DNA of 64,000 nucleotides from assembly GCA_951406725.2 (NCBI GenBank), contig OX597832.1:58466001-58530000 (forward strand), given 5' to 3'. This DNA comes from Octopus vulgaris. Lineage: Eukaryota. The translations under genes and the position numbers were made by a program. Under the pieces are notes generated by a model. That model had not been told where the DNA came from. It did no database searches and worked only from the letters and a program-made list of their open reading frames with translations. Shown in pieces: positions 14,205 to 27,829 of this stretch (the first letter of the stretch is position 1; every line of letters starts with the position of its first letter).

Positions 14205-14278
<74 letters not shown>

Positions 14279-14830
14279 TCTACAGTGCAGTTCGGTCTTT
14301 GTCATTAATTGAGTCTTCGTGTATTTATTTGGATCCGCCCCCTTTGGCATGGGAGGAGTAAATGAAAGCTGTTATATTAATTTTCACACTGAACTTCAAT
14401 GAAATATATTTAATTATAAAAAAAAAAAGAAAAAAAAAACAAAAGCAACCGACGATAACTGCTTTCCTTCTTAAAGAGTCATTACACGTTTGAAATTTTA
14501 ACCTGAAGAATTTTCAAGAACCTTCTCTTTACGTGACAGTAAATTTTTCATGTTAATAAAAATACTTTGATAATAATGTGAGTACAAGAAATGGGAAAAA
14601 TGTAATATTAGCCCTGAAAGGGTCAAAAAGGCACCAATGAAGAATGCGTTTCTTTGTAGAGCGCCGATTTTCGTGCCTTTTTTTTTCTATTAACGGGACA
14701 TTGAATATGGTGCGAAAACCTCTAGGAAATCACTTAAAAACATTGTTTTTCATTCACACACACATACACATACACACTTACACATGTATACACACACACG
14801 CACACACAACACACACACACATAAACACGT

Positions 14831-14863
<33 letters not shown>

Positions 14864-15058
14864 CACACAGACAAACACACGCATATACAAACAAAAATAC
14901 ACACACACAGATGAAGGCTTAACTTTATAGTGATAATGTTGAAAGTGACTTCGAATTTCTAATCTGGAAGTCTTTTTCAGTCTTCCCTTCTAAAATTAAA
15001 ACATACGTGATCCTCCACTTAAAAACCTTGAGATTAATGCACATACAAATCTATCTGC

Positions 15059-15116
<58 letters not shown>

Positions 15117-15195
15117 CTATCTCTCTCTCTATCTATCTGTCTGTCTGTCTGTCTGTCATCTATCTATCTATCTGTCTATCTGTCTGTCTGTCTGT

Positions 15196-15257
<62 letters not shown>

Positions 15258-15292
15258 GTCTATCTGTCTGTCCGTCTGTCTGTCTGTCTATC

Positions 15293-15329
<37 letters not shown>

Positions 15330-15856
15330 CACATACACATATGTATATATATATATGCATACCCACAGTTCACAAAACAAACTCGCTCATATACATACAT
15401 ACATACACACGCACACACACGCACACACGCACACACGCACACACATATGCACACACACACGCACACACACGCACACACACACGCACACACACGCGCGCAC
15501 ATGTATTGGAAAGTTTGTAAAACATACAAACACACAAAGATAGACATATACGCACTCATATATTTATCTTCAAAATATAATACAACTAAAACGACAAGAA
15601 TTAAATTCTTTTAAACGATTGTAATATTGTACACACATTGTTCTTCAGAGAAAGAGAATACAAATATATTTCTGTAGAACATTTAAGCCATCTGGCTTGA
15701 AACTTCCAACTCCTTTTTAAACTTTTCCCTCAGTCTTCTGCTAACGGTGAAGCAATATGACGTCTTGTTTGTTTTCCCACCGCAGATTCCAAAGAAGAAT
15801 TCATGCCTCTTCCACTAAGTGTGGGGGTTCAAAAATTTCCATAGTCAATTAGTCTG

Positions 15857-15891
<35 letters not shown>

Positions 15892-16433
15892 ATGAAGCAA
15901 ATATATTTATTCTTTAAGGAAAAGACCAACAACGAAAAAAAACCATATGCGTAAAATTTAGTGTTGAAAATTTCGAACGAACATCGTCCGCACCCTGTAC
16001 TTATTTGTGTCTGTGTTGTCCATCCTCATTGAATGACAGCTGTTGTTGACTTTTGCTTACCTCGACGTAAGTTAGCAGTTCGGTAAAAAGCAATGACAGA
16101 ATTAGTACGAGAGTTAGAATATAAGTATTGCAATATAAAATTTAGAGGACTTTTGTATGAAAAAAAAAAAAAAATTTTAATCTTCGGATTTTTTGTATGT
16201 AAAAAAAATTTTTTTAATCTTCGGATATTTTAAAAATATGCTAGGCCACTGGTTTTAATTGATTAATATCAATTTCTACCCTTATTTGATTTTATATTTA
16301 TATATATATATGTACAAATATTTTATAATTATAAATATAATTTTTGGAAGTGTTGTTTGGATAACTGATGCATGATGTCACTCGATCGTGTACATATTTA
16401 ACCCTAGCACTTTCAAATTTTATAATTGGAAAT

Positions 16434-16496
16434 ACTACACTGAAGAGAGAAGTAAGTAAATTCTTAAACACTTTTATCTCGAGACGCGTATGTAGT
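16434..16496 (+). ncRNA. minimal type I hammerhead motif (GAAA mutated to GAGA) in a decayed PLE pseudo-LTR
   Basis: ACTACA-CTGAAGA-GAGA(26 nt)TCTC-GAGA-CGCG-TA-TGTAGT: perfect 6-bp stem I and palindromic CGCG loop. Confidence 0.7.
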
Positions 16497-16872
16497 TAAT
16501 CCTGGTCGTGTTGAGTCATTGTTTTTCTCTTTACCTACGTAAAAAAGTATGTTACTGTCATGGAAATTCTTACAGTAGTATAAATGGAATTTTTAACTCC
16601 TATTTCTAAATTCCGTATGTGGTGAAGCAATTAGCTGAACCCGAATTATAATTATGTTTATAATTATAAAATATTTGTATCATTTTACCTATAAAGGTTA
16701 TTTTAACGTAACGATCTACTTCGTAAAATTATCACTTACTTGATTGATTGATTAATTAATTTGATTGTTAAATTTTACCCTTATATTATTAATTTAAAAT
16801 TATATATATACATACATACATACCTATATATATATACATATATACATATATACATATATACTTATAAACATA

Positions 16873-16908
<36 letters not shown>

Positions 16909-16913
16909 GCACG

Positions 16914-17122
16914 CAGTAATCCCTCGCCATATCACGGTTTATATCGGTTTATTATTCCAGCTTACGTCGATACCTCTGTGATGTTGTTGCTTTGCATTTA
17001 TAATAAAATAAATATATACCAATTATAAAAATAATAATTAAAAATATGCAGTAGACTACTGCTTTTACATTTACTTCGTGGGGTTTGGGAAAGTAATACC
17101 AGCGTTAGTCGAGGGATCACTA
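16914..17122. mobile_element. pogo/Tigger-like MITE
   Basis: TIR CAGTAATCCCTCG / CGAGGGATCACTA in a TA-rich context. Confidence 0.6.
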
Positions 17123-17208
17123 TGTATATTTATACACACACACACACCCTATATATATATATATATATACATACATGCAATTTATATACGTTGCATATAC
17201 TTTCACAG

Positions 17209-18110
17209 AGAGGGCTTTGTATAGTTGTTTATGATCAGTCGTCAGGGTAGTCAAACGCATCGCTCGAACGAAACATTTAGAAGGGAGAACAACATTATTT
17301 TATTGCCAACAAGACATGTCAGATGTAGAACCCGCTCCTGCTTAGAGGTGATACCATTTGTTAACCGTTTTAATGATCCAGTATCACAAAAGAAATGGAG
17401 ATTTTACGTCGATGCCTTCCATCATTCAATAACACTCATCAATATCACTGATCGTTCCGTCTTTCTCCTTTGTCTCTTGATCCACGTTCGCAATAGACGA
17501 CTTACCATTCATATAGTAATTGAGCCGTAATTTGCATTATCCAAGGCAAACCTAGCTCTATTTCCTTCGTATAGCATTCAAATCGTTTACCAAGACGGTG
17601 CAATGAATATTTATGGCACCATATTGCCGACGGTTATCGCTACCATATATTCCAAAACTAACATATTCTTCATTATAAATAGATGATTTCAATAGATATT
17701 ACATAAAGATAGGAATTTAATTATTTATCAAGCGAGCAAGTTAGGGGCTTTGGGGATCAACATCTTGCCGATAAAAATCCAATCAACTTTCATGTTTATG
17801 CTTCCATGTTTTATTGGAAAAATAATTTGAATATAAAGCAATGGCGTGTGTGTTTTGATGTAGGACTTTTACCATTCCATGGTTCGCTGGAATATAGATA
17901 TTATGTTACTGGTGTTTAGGAATATGTGGGATGAAAATTCCGGCTGACTTCCTTGTAGGTTTCTCATTTACTAAGGCGAGCGTTCATTGAAATTGCCAAA
18001 GTGTAGGTATTGTGTGTTGGAGTTTTTGAAAAATTGATTCTAGCTTTTGTTTTTTTATCATTTGAATAATTATTTTGTTACGACAATCATATTGGTTTGC
18101 TATTGATTAT
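17209..18110 (+). pseudogene. class C GPCR-like pseudogene, segment 3: end of cysteine-rich domain + 7TM (opposite strand)
   Basis: In order on +: CLEVIPFVNRFNDPVS (17339-17386; cf. C..I.P.YLxWxDPxA), TIYSKTN (17642-17662; cf. TM3 KTN), VC...FHGSLEY/DIMLLV (ECL2 Cys, TM5) and KIPADF (17934-17951; cf. KIPENF). Many stops and frameshifts. Confidence 0.55.
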
Positions 18111-18119
18111 AGTCGTTAA

Positions 18120-18124
18120 TATAC

Positions 18125-18177
<53 letters not shown>

Positions 18178-18332
18178 TAGATATATATACATTCACATAT
18201 ATAGATATATATGCATATGTATATATATATATATATATATATTCATATGTATATGTATATATATATATACATATAGGCATATATATATATACACACATAT
18301 ACATATATATATATATGCACACACACACGCAC

Positions 18333-18366
<34 letters not shown>

Positions 18367-18464
18367 ATATGTACATATGTGTGTATATATATATATGTAA
18401 ATATATATATATATATATGTATATGTATATATATATGTATATACATATATATATATATACATAC

Positions 18465-18517
<53 letters not shown>
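18120..18517. repeat. imperfect (TA)n microsatellite
   Basis: Read directly. Other large TA tracts at 3845-3962, 24440-24790, 30550-30654 and 34400-34710. Confidence 0.99.
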
Positions 18518-18519
<2 letters not shown>

Positions 18520-18964
18520 CGTAAGACTCCAATAAAAGCTACAAACAGTGCTTTTTATTTGACATTTTTATTGAGCGTTAGCAAAACAATAAAGATTTTA
18601 ATTTTACAGACCAACACTACTTTTGCAGCATAAAAGGCATTTGCAGCTTATAGTTCTGCCAGGCGAAACATTCGTCCGTTAAACGGCTCATTCATCAGGA
18701 TCTATAAGCACATCCTACTATATATATTATCGGAAAATCTTCGATCCATAGATCGATATTTGTACCATGATTTGATTATTTGTTATATACTACCCATATG
18801 GTTAACACATTTATTCAGTTAGTTATATTTTAAAGAATTTTGAAATGAAAATCTTCGGTTAAATGGTTTTCATAACTTGCTCATACCAAAAGTTAAGGAC
18901 AAACAGTAAATGAAAATTAGAAACTTTTAAACTTACATTTTTATTGCTGTCTATGTATAATACT

Positions 18965-19033
<69 letters not shown>

Positions 19034-19252
19034 TTAGGAGATTTACTGCCTTATATATCCTGGGATAATATATTTTATAAATACGCTGTCTTAAAAATAC
19101 AATAAATATATGAGAAAGAGATAGGATAGTTTATGTGTGTGAGAGAGTGTGTGTGTGTGTGCGTGTGAGTGAGAGAAAGAGAGAAGGAATGTTTGTATGA
19201 GTGGGGAATAGAGAGAAGTGGGGAAAGAGAGGAACATTCTCAGCAGCGAGTA

Positions 19253-19550
19253 CGGTTCGCAACAAATGTATTTCGGCCTTTTTTTGGCCTTTCCAATGGC
19301 ACATACTTTGCATCCTGGTACATGCTCAGCATATGTCAAGTCGGATGAATTTTCCGTTGTGTTTGACGCACTAAATATTGTAGTATTTCACCAAATTTGA
19401 GATATTGAATATAATAATTGATTTAATCGATTTGATTGTCTATCAAATGTAGTTAAGCTAGTAGACAAGAACTCATTGTCAAAACCTCTTAATATATATC
19501 TCTGAACATCGTTTGGTCCCAACGATATTAATGCAGAAAAAGGTGTTACA
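19253..19550 (-). pseudogene. class C GPCR-like pseudogene, segment 2: end of VFT + first half of the nine-cysteine domain
   Basis: One frame with a single TGA (19388-19390): FSALISLGPNDVQRYILRGFD...YSISQIW*NTT...VPGCKVCAIGKAKKRPKYICCEP (cf. IxW...P.SxCSxPCxxGxxK...CC). Separated from segment 1 by a SINE array. Confidence 0.5.
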
Positions 19551-19644
19551 AAACACACACACATACCTGTACGGCCATGATGGAGTACCGCCTTTAATCG
19601 AGCAAATCGACCCTAGAACTTATTCTTTGTAAGCCTAGTACTTA

Positions 19645-20415
19645 CAGAAATGTTAGCACGCCGGGCGAAATGCGTAGCCGTATTTCGTCTGCCGCTACGT
19701 TCTGAGTTCAAATTCTGCCAAGGTCGGTTTTGCCTTTCATCCTTTTGGTGTCGATTAAATAAGTACCAGTTACGCACTGGGTTCGATATACTCGACTTAA
19801 TCCGTTTGTCTGCCCTTGTTTGTCCTCTCTGTGCTTAACCCCTTGTGGGTAGTAAAGAAATAGCTATTTCGTCTGCCTTTACGTTCTGAGTTCAAATTCC
19901 GCCGAGGTCAACTTTGCCTTTCATCCTTTCGGGGTGGATAAATTAAGTACCAGTTACACACTGGGGTCGATGTAATCGACTTATTCCGTTTGTCTGTCCT
20001 TGTTTGTCCTCTCTGTGTTTAGCCCCTTGTGGGTAGTAAAGAAATAGGTATTTCGTCTTTCTTTACGTTCTGAGTTCAAATTCCGCCGAGGTCAACTTTG
20101 CCTTTCATCTTTTCGGGGTGGATAAATTAAGTACTAGCTATGCACTGGGGATCGATGTAATCGATTTAATCCCTTTGTCTGTCCTTGTTTATCTCCTCTA
20201 TGTTTTGCCCGTTGTGGGTAGTAAAGAAATAGGTATTTCGCCATCCTTTATGTTCTGAGTTCAAATTCCGTCGAGGTCAACTTTGCCTTTCATCCTTTCG
20301 GGGTCGATAAATTAAGCACCAGTTACGCACTGGGGGAACGATGTAATCGATTTAATCCCTTTGTCTGTCCTTGTTTATACCCTCTATGTTTAGCCCCTTG
20401 TAGGCAATAAATAAA
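19645..20415 (+). mobile_element. tandem array of four tRNA-derived SINE units with Meta-like central domain (family A)
   Basis: ~183-bp period; each unit has TTCTGAGTTCAAATTCCGCCGAGGTC..CTTTGCCTTTCATCCTTTCGGGGT(C/G)GATAAATTAAGTACCAG. Confidence 0.9.
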
Positions 20416-21500
20416 TAAGCTTATATAAGACATGAAATAATTTGGGAGCAAAATGAAAAGACTGCTTGTACTCACATAATTCTAATACAGATGTTGCTGA
20501 ATACTGCATTGGTTAACTTTAGTGCCAAAGGCATTGCCTGGTGACAATACTCTCCTTTTTCTTGTATTTCGTAGATTACATAGCCTAATATATTCTCTTC
20601 GAATTAAAATGGCAGACTGAAAATTGATAATTGTCTGACCATATCTCCTACCATTTGTAGCAGCTGATCGCCAACGTAAAATGTCATGTATTGTTTCAGT
20701 ATGACTATAAAAAATTACGTATCGTATCCCAACGTGCCATAGCAATATTATTCAACGTCTGAAAGAAGAGATCGCTCACGTGGTCGGTCATTCAGTAAAG
20801 CTAGACAATTGTTTTAGTAACAAACATACTCAATGAGACAAGTTTAATACGTTTACACCGCGCAAACGACGTATTAATTCTTCATACAGCTATTCAGAAT
20901 GACAATGTCAGCAATTAAAAGCCATGAAAAATGAATATATTCGACAATTTAGACAGACTAAAGAAATAATAATCACCAAGGAACCAAAAACGGAAGAAAA
21001 CAAGAGATTCTTTTCAAAATTTTCTTTTTCGCTTTTGTTTTATAGTTTCTCTTGGTAATTAAACAGGATATTTTCATACTGTCTACGAAATTACTACAAT
21101 AAACAAGCGGTTCCCTAATAGAGTAATTATTATACGCTACCGCAATCTATGGCTGTTTGAAGGGAGACCTTATATTACTCCAGACAGAGGTTAGCAGTTT
21201 CTAAAGAGCTGCAGGTTGACTACAATCTGTTGCGGATATCGTTTACAATTGGCGATGACGACTAATATTAATAGCTGAAAGTCTAAGTAATTGTCTTGTT
21301 CGCCGCTTAAAAGCAATAGTTATTTGGGCTTTTGTCTACTGTATTCTAAAACGACAGCTAATAATTTTTGTATTATCCATGAATGACAGTTTCCGTTAAT
21401 CCATTCATGTAAGATAAAGACGGAATAACAACGGCAACAACAAAGGCAGTAATACGTAAGCAAAAAAATTAACAACAGTAATAAACACAACCTCCACACA
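20415..21500 (-). pseudogene. class C GPCR-like pseudogene, segment 1: signal peptide + Venus-flytrap domain
   Basis: Minus-strand translation across stops and frameshifts gives, in mGluR order: RLCLLLLLIFLLTYYC (signal-like), VFILHEWINGNCHSWIIQKLLAVV (cf. LFxVH..C..GIQRLEAML), DCSQPAAL (cf. DTCS...AL), HSE*LYEE, VCLL, GIRYVIFYSHTETIHDILR (cf. ARVVVLF...VRxLL) and QAMPLALKLTNAVFSNIC (cf. DAVYAMAHAL...LC). Aligned by eye only. Confidence 0.5.
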
Positions 21501-22911
21501 CACACACACACATACACACACACTGACAGCATATAATTTCTCTCTGTAATGATGGCGTACAGCTCTCTCTCTCGAAATAAATTGAGGGAATCTAAGCGAA
21601 TGTTAAAGCAATGGTTGATTCACGACATACGTTCAAATTAAGCCCGAATGCGCCCACATACATACATACACACACACACAACCTCACACACACGCTTATA
21701 AACGTACAAACACGCACAGAGAAACACACATGCGTACACACTCAGACACATAAAACATATCCACACATAAACACACACACATACATACAAATACATACAC
21801 ACACAAACACACACATGCACACACACATACACACACGCACGCATAATCACACACATACACAAACACATGCACCCACAAGCAGGCACACACACGCACACAC
21901 ATACATAGACACACGCACACACACAGAAACATACTCACATAAACACACACACACACAAACACATGCATAACAACAAGCACGCACACACGCAAAAACACAC
22001 GTGCACTCACAAACACACACACTTACACACGTTCATCATCAATCTACTACACATTCATATTCAAATAAATACATACACACAGGCACACACACGCACATAC
22101 ATGCACACACACACATTCATCATCAATCTACTACGCATTCTTATTCAATGACCACGTACACACAGGCACACACACGTACACAAACACATATGCAAACACA
22201 CACACACGCACGCACATATATCAGCATGCACTTAAACACACGCACACATCCATATTCACTCTGTATTCATATTCAAATAAAATCTTGCACACACACCCGT
22301 ACATGATGAAGCATGTACTTATACACACACATATATGAACACCCACAAACAATCTCGCTTATAAAAGCATGGATGTGTGATTAAGAGCTAGGTTTTGCAA
22401 AATGTGGTTCATAGTTTGCTTAAATGTGCCCTCAGTGAGGCTTATGTGGGACTTTGTAGCGTCGATGTAATTTGGTTGTAAATTTAGCACAGTAAACGAT
22501 ATCTCTTTGACAGTATTTATTATTGAGAGCTTATGTACTTTCATTGAGGCACTTGCAATGATGTTCAGTATCATTTTCTGCAGGAGTCTAGGTTTTTTTT
22601 TTTCTATTAATGTTAGCTAGGAAAGAAAAGAAATCAATCATTTGAGCAGCTATAACTAAACCTTTTAAACATTTTGTAGAATTTATGGTCGTCTAGTCTA
22701 CTTTACAGAAAAATTCCACCCCTCAAATTATTAAATTCCAAATTGGAGCTGATTATTTCATGAAAGAAAGTGCTTTCTACAATTCCTCAAACGACCAAAT
22801 AGATAAAACTCTCCATTCTCCTAATCATCTCAGGAAATATTCAAATGTCTTCCTGTCGCTTCATGTTGATTGACATTGCAGCCTCTTTCTAAGCTGGCCA
22901 CTAAATTGCTT

Positions 22912-23006
<95 letters not shown>

Positions 23007-23578
23007 ACGAAAGAAACTACAATTGAGGAACAGGAGCAAATTTGACAGTGATAGGAAAATAAAGAGGAAACAGTATATCAGTGGACGAGAGACTGGAAAG
23101 TATTTTTTAAAATTAAGTTTCTATTCATATTTATTACGGAATTATCCCTCCGATAAACAATAATTATAGAACATTCCTATTAGTTACTGTAAATAATATT
23201 TTCTTATATCAATAACTTTAAATAATTAGAAGAGTTATTATATATTAAAGATAAAATTACCATTTATAATATTTTCACACGTTTTATTACAATTCTAGAT
23301 AAAGCAAGACCCTGATACTTAATTATGTACACATATATATACTATTGTTTTATGTTATAATAGCGAAATATTCTCTTAGACATAAACTAGTTATGATTAA
23401 TATTATTTGAGATATAAAGAAATATATTTCAATAGTTGTAGATTACACTTAATTATTTACTCCGTTAAACATTTTTTATACATTTTTAATTGTAATTGAT
23501 ATGTAATTGAACAGTTAACACTCACGCTCATAATACATAGGCATTTCAATTAATTTTTTACACTCTAGCCGCCCTCTC

Positions 23579-23679
23579 TCACGGACTATTGTCAATTTTT
23601 AAATTCTAGCTCTGATGAGACATATATAAATGTATTGCTTATATATCAAAAAATTTGTATAAGTCGAAACAAAGTGGTG
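23579..23679 (+). ncRNA. degenerate type III hammerhead-like motif
   Basis: ACTATTGTC (GUC at 23591-93) ... CTGATGA (23612-18), long stem II GACATATATAAAT/ATTTGTATAAGTC, then GAAACAAAGT pairing back to ACTATTGT. Stem I is poorly formed. Confidence 0.45.
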
Positions 23680-23756
23680 GCCTTCTGATTGTTATCTTAT
23701 ATAAAATAAGAAAGCCATATATATATATATATATATTCATGTATACATACATAAAT

Positions 23757-23789
<33 letters not shown>

Positions 23790-23793
<4 letters not shown>

Positions 23794-23975
23794 TATATGG
23801 GTACAGGACGTCACAAAATGTAAACAACATGAAATACGAAATACGAAAGCAACTTGAAATACAAAGACAAATTTGGGTATGCAAACAAGAAAAACAAATG
23901 GAATACAAGACAAGTAACAAAAAGAACGACCCTTCATCAGTTGTTGGCTGTCTATCTACTCCTTATTTCGAAAAT
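23790..23975 (-). mobile_element. solo terminal repeat of family D
   Basis: GGGTACAGGACGTCACAAAATGTAAACAAC...CCTTCATCAGTTGTTGGCTG matches the reverse complement of 27345-27510; adjacent to (TA)n. Confidence 0.65.
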
Positions 23976-24433
23976 TTGGCCTTCTTTCAGTTTCCGTCTA
24001 CCAAATCCACACATAAGAGTTTGCTCGGTCCGAGGCTATAAATGAAGAAACCTGCTCAAGGTCTCCACACTCATATATGAATCTCAGGTGTGACTGTAAA
24101 TGTGTGTGCCAGCTTCTTCAGTTCCACTTACGTATAGTGACATCTCTGCAGGTTAATAACTTCCAGTATAAACATAAAGATTAATCTAAAATGTATTACT
24201 TTCTAACACATTAAACAGAAACATGTAGTGCACTTCGGTGGGTGGACATTTATGCCTACATTTATACATGTGTTGCGTTCCTGATAAAATGTGAAACATG
24301 GGCCAATTTTAAACTATAATGCTAAAATTTAGATTTAGCATAGATTATTAAATTTTATTTCCTATATTTCATTGCACTTTAGTATACAGACATACATATG
24401 TATTTATACATACATATATATTCACACATGTAT

Positions 24434-24519
<86 letters not shown>

Positions 24520-24762
24520 TAAATGTATAAATGTATATATATACGTATATGTATATATGCATCTATATATTTATATATATACACATATATATATATACAT
24601 TTATATATATATATGCATATACATATATATACATATATATATATATATGTATATACATATATACATACATATATATGTGCATATGTATATATGCATACAT
24701 ATGCATATAATTATACATAAAGATACATATCCATTCATATATAGATATGTGTGTGTGTATGC

Positions 24763-24802
<40 letters not shown>

Positions 24803-25312
24803 TGAGAGAGAGAGACATATATAAGTATATGTATGTATCGCTGCATTATATAAAGGCAATTAGGAACTTGAATTTACAGGACATACCATAAAATTACTTT
24901 ACTCAAGAAAACTGCGAACGTTAATATTTAATCACTATCTTCCATAGTGTACCGCCATATCATCTAAAAGTCCACACAATGAAACAGAATAATGCCAATA
25001 CACAGTGAAATACATGGAAAAGACATGCAAATAAGTATTTGACTTACTGAAATTCACTAATACAAAATATATTGGAATATACTTAATTGAATTATGCAAA
25101 ACATAAAATTTATTATTATTTTGTGTTTTGCTGTTTTTGTATTTTTTTTCTTTTCCTTGATAATATTTAACCGAAACCTTTGTACGATTATGCTTTTAAT
25201 TTAACACTTCAATTTTCCCTCTCACGCGGACACATATTAACGAATACATAAGCACAAATATATACAAATGTATATAATCACACATACTTGCAAACACACA
25301 TACACCCACAAC

Positions 25313-25388
<76 letters not shown>

Positions 25389-25523
25389 CATGTGTTTGCA
25401 AATGTCTGTGTGTGTGTGCATATATATACATATACATATATATACCATATAAACACATATACACACATACATCTCTTTCTTCCTCTCTGTCTCTCTCTAT
25501 ATATATTCATATATATATATATA

Positions 25524-25572
<49 letters not shown>

Positions 25573-26088
25573 GCATATGTATATATGTGTATATATAAGT
25601 ATGTATAAGTATATTTATGTAAAGATATATACATATATACATGTATACATATTTACGTATGCATATATATATATGTGTATATGTATGTATATATAAATTT
25701 GTGTATGTCTCTCTCCCCCTTCTCTCTCTCTCTATATAAATATATACATACATATATAGACACACGCAAATACACACGCACATATATATAGCACGTGCGC
25801 ATACAGGGAACACTCATAAAGTGTATTTATCATCACACGCATAATCACACACGCACTCGCATACAAATATGCACTTAAGCTCAAATACAAACACACAAAC
25901 ACACCCACCCACACACCTACACATCCGCACACGTATATATAGTTGTATATACATTGAAAAGTATAAATAAGATTACGGACAGACGAATAACAAACATAAG
26001 CATATAAGCACAAGAACAGATATTCATGACCCTAAGCACATACACACATATATCGAATAACATGCATTCATACAAACGTATACATAAC

Positions 26089-26120
<32 letters not shown>

Positions 26121-26475
26121 TGTATGTATGTATGTATGTATGTATGTATAGATAAGTTTCTGTATTGGCCACACAGGGCTGCACACAGATGGGACAAGTT
26201 ACAAGGTAGAGCTTTTCTTTTGGGGGATGAAAAAAACAAAAAAACAATAGAAACAAAAAGAAGGGGTGGCGTAGGTTTTCGATCAAGAGGGATCGTAAAA
26301 GGGAAGAAAAGAACAAAAAAAAATAAAATAAAATAAAAATAAAAAAAAAGAAAAGGAAAAGGAACAAAAGAAAAGAGAAATGAAAAAAGAAGAAAAAAGG
26401 GGAAGAGGAAAAAAAGGAACGATCAATAGGGATCGTGTATCACAGTGTTATGATATATGGTGTAAAGGGGAATGT

Positions 26476-26529
<54 letters not shown>

Positions 26530-26554
26530 TGAGATAAATAGGTAGGTAGATACG

Positions 26555-27545
26555 GTCGTGTTTTGTGTTGCTTATAGTTTTCCATTTATTTATTTCATTG
26601 TTCGCCAAAAAAACGTCCTCTTCCATGTATTCGTATTTCGTATTTTTTTCGTGTTTACGTTCTGTGACATCCTTTGCCCACATCTGCAAATGTATATACG
26701 TATATGTGTAAGTATGTACATATATATGATTATGTGTATATATAATTGTATGTGTATATGATTTTCATATATTATTTATATCATAATATGATTGAATGGC
26801 ACGCATCCGTTTCCAAGTAAGCTTTCACTTAATAATTCTGGTGCGGCACTTCTATTCTACTCTATTACTCTTTTGTTTTCTCCCTTCCTTTCTCTAATTC
26901 TTTTTATCTCCCCATCGCCCCCTCTCATTTTTCTCTTTTATACATTCTCTCATTCTTTTCCTCTCCCCTTCACCGTTCTCTGTCTGTCACTCTCTCTCTC
27001 TCTCTCTCTCCTTCACTCTTCCTCCTTTGCTTTCTCGTTGTTCCCACGTTGCCATCGGCCATCTTTCTTTCTTTTCCTAACTTGTGTTTCTTTCTTTCTT
27101 TTTGATTCAGCTGTAGGCACCAGTCGTGTTGTTGTCTTTCTCCTATCCAAGCTTACTCCTCCGCATTCACCTCTTCAGCTTGTTTAGGCTTAACAGCCCT
27201 TCCTGCTTCTTTTTCACTGTCCTGTTTTAGTTACTAATTTTGACCCACCGCAAAATTCCAATTTTTATTTAATTTGCTTTGCGAGAGCAACGGATTTATC
27301 GAAGGCGTATCTTATCGTGAATGGCTCGATATACAGATTAGAAAATCAGCCGACAACTGATGTAGGGTCGTTTTTTTTTGTGTTGCTTGTCTTGTTTTCC
27401 CGTTTTTCTTTCGTTGTTCGCGAAAAATGTTCATATTCCATGTGTTCGTATTTCGCACTTCAAGTTTTCGCATTTTATGTTGTTTACGTTCTGTGATGTC
27501 CTGTACCCACATATGCACATGTACATACGTATATGTGTAAGTATG
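26555..27545 (+). mobile_element. non-autonomous PLE-like element (family D): partial terminal repeat + body + terminal repeat
   Basis: 26555-26720 repeats part of 27365-27545 (GGTCGTG/TTTTGTGTTGCTT...CCCACAT). The body (TTCCAAGTAAG...TTAATAATTCTG) is homologous to 35500-35560 in reverse. No ORF; flanked by microsatellites. Confidence 0.65.
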
Positions 27546-27594
27546 TACATATACGTATGTATATATGCATATATATATTATTTATATTATTAGA

Positions 27595-27795
27595 GAGATA
27601 AATAGACAGACAGGTCAAGAGAAAGATTGATATAAACAGATTAATAGATAAATAAACAGATAGATAGATAGATAAAAAGATATATAGATAGTTGAATAGA
27701 TAGATAAATAGATAGATGGAAAGATAGATGGATAAATTGATAAACAGATATGCAGATAGATAAATAGATGTATAGATAGATAAACAGGTTGATAA

Positions 27796-27829
<34 letters not shown>

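Noticed and set aside
19388-19390. In-frame TGA as selenocysteine or read-through
   Set aside because: It falls where Trp (TGG) is plausible, and neighbouring segments have many other stops; simple decay is more likely.
19645-20415. Regularly spaced repeats as a CRISPR-like array
   Set aside because: Whole ~183-bp units are homologous with no unique spacers, and they match dispersed SINEs; eukaryotic context, no cas genes.
20476-20758. Spliced minus-strand exon (TTCTTTCAG ... GTGAGT)
   Set aside because: All frames contain stops, and the GPCR-like similarity continues beyond both putative splice sites.
22359-22574. 71-aa minus-strand ORF with a faint FN3-like SFTVLNLQPN
   Set aside because: No other FN3 hallmarks, no convincing splice donor, no partner exons.
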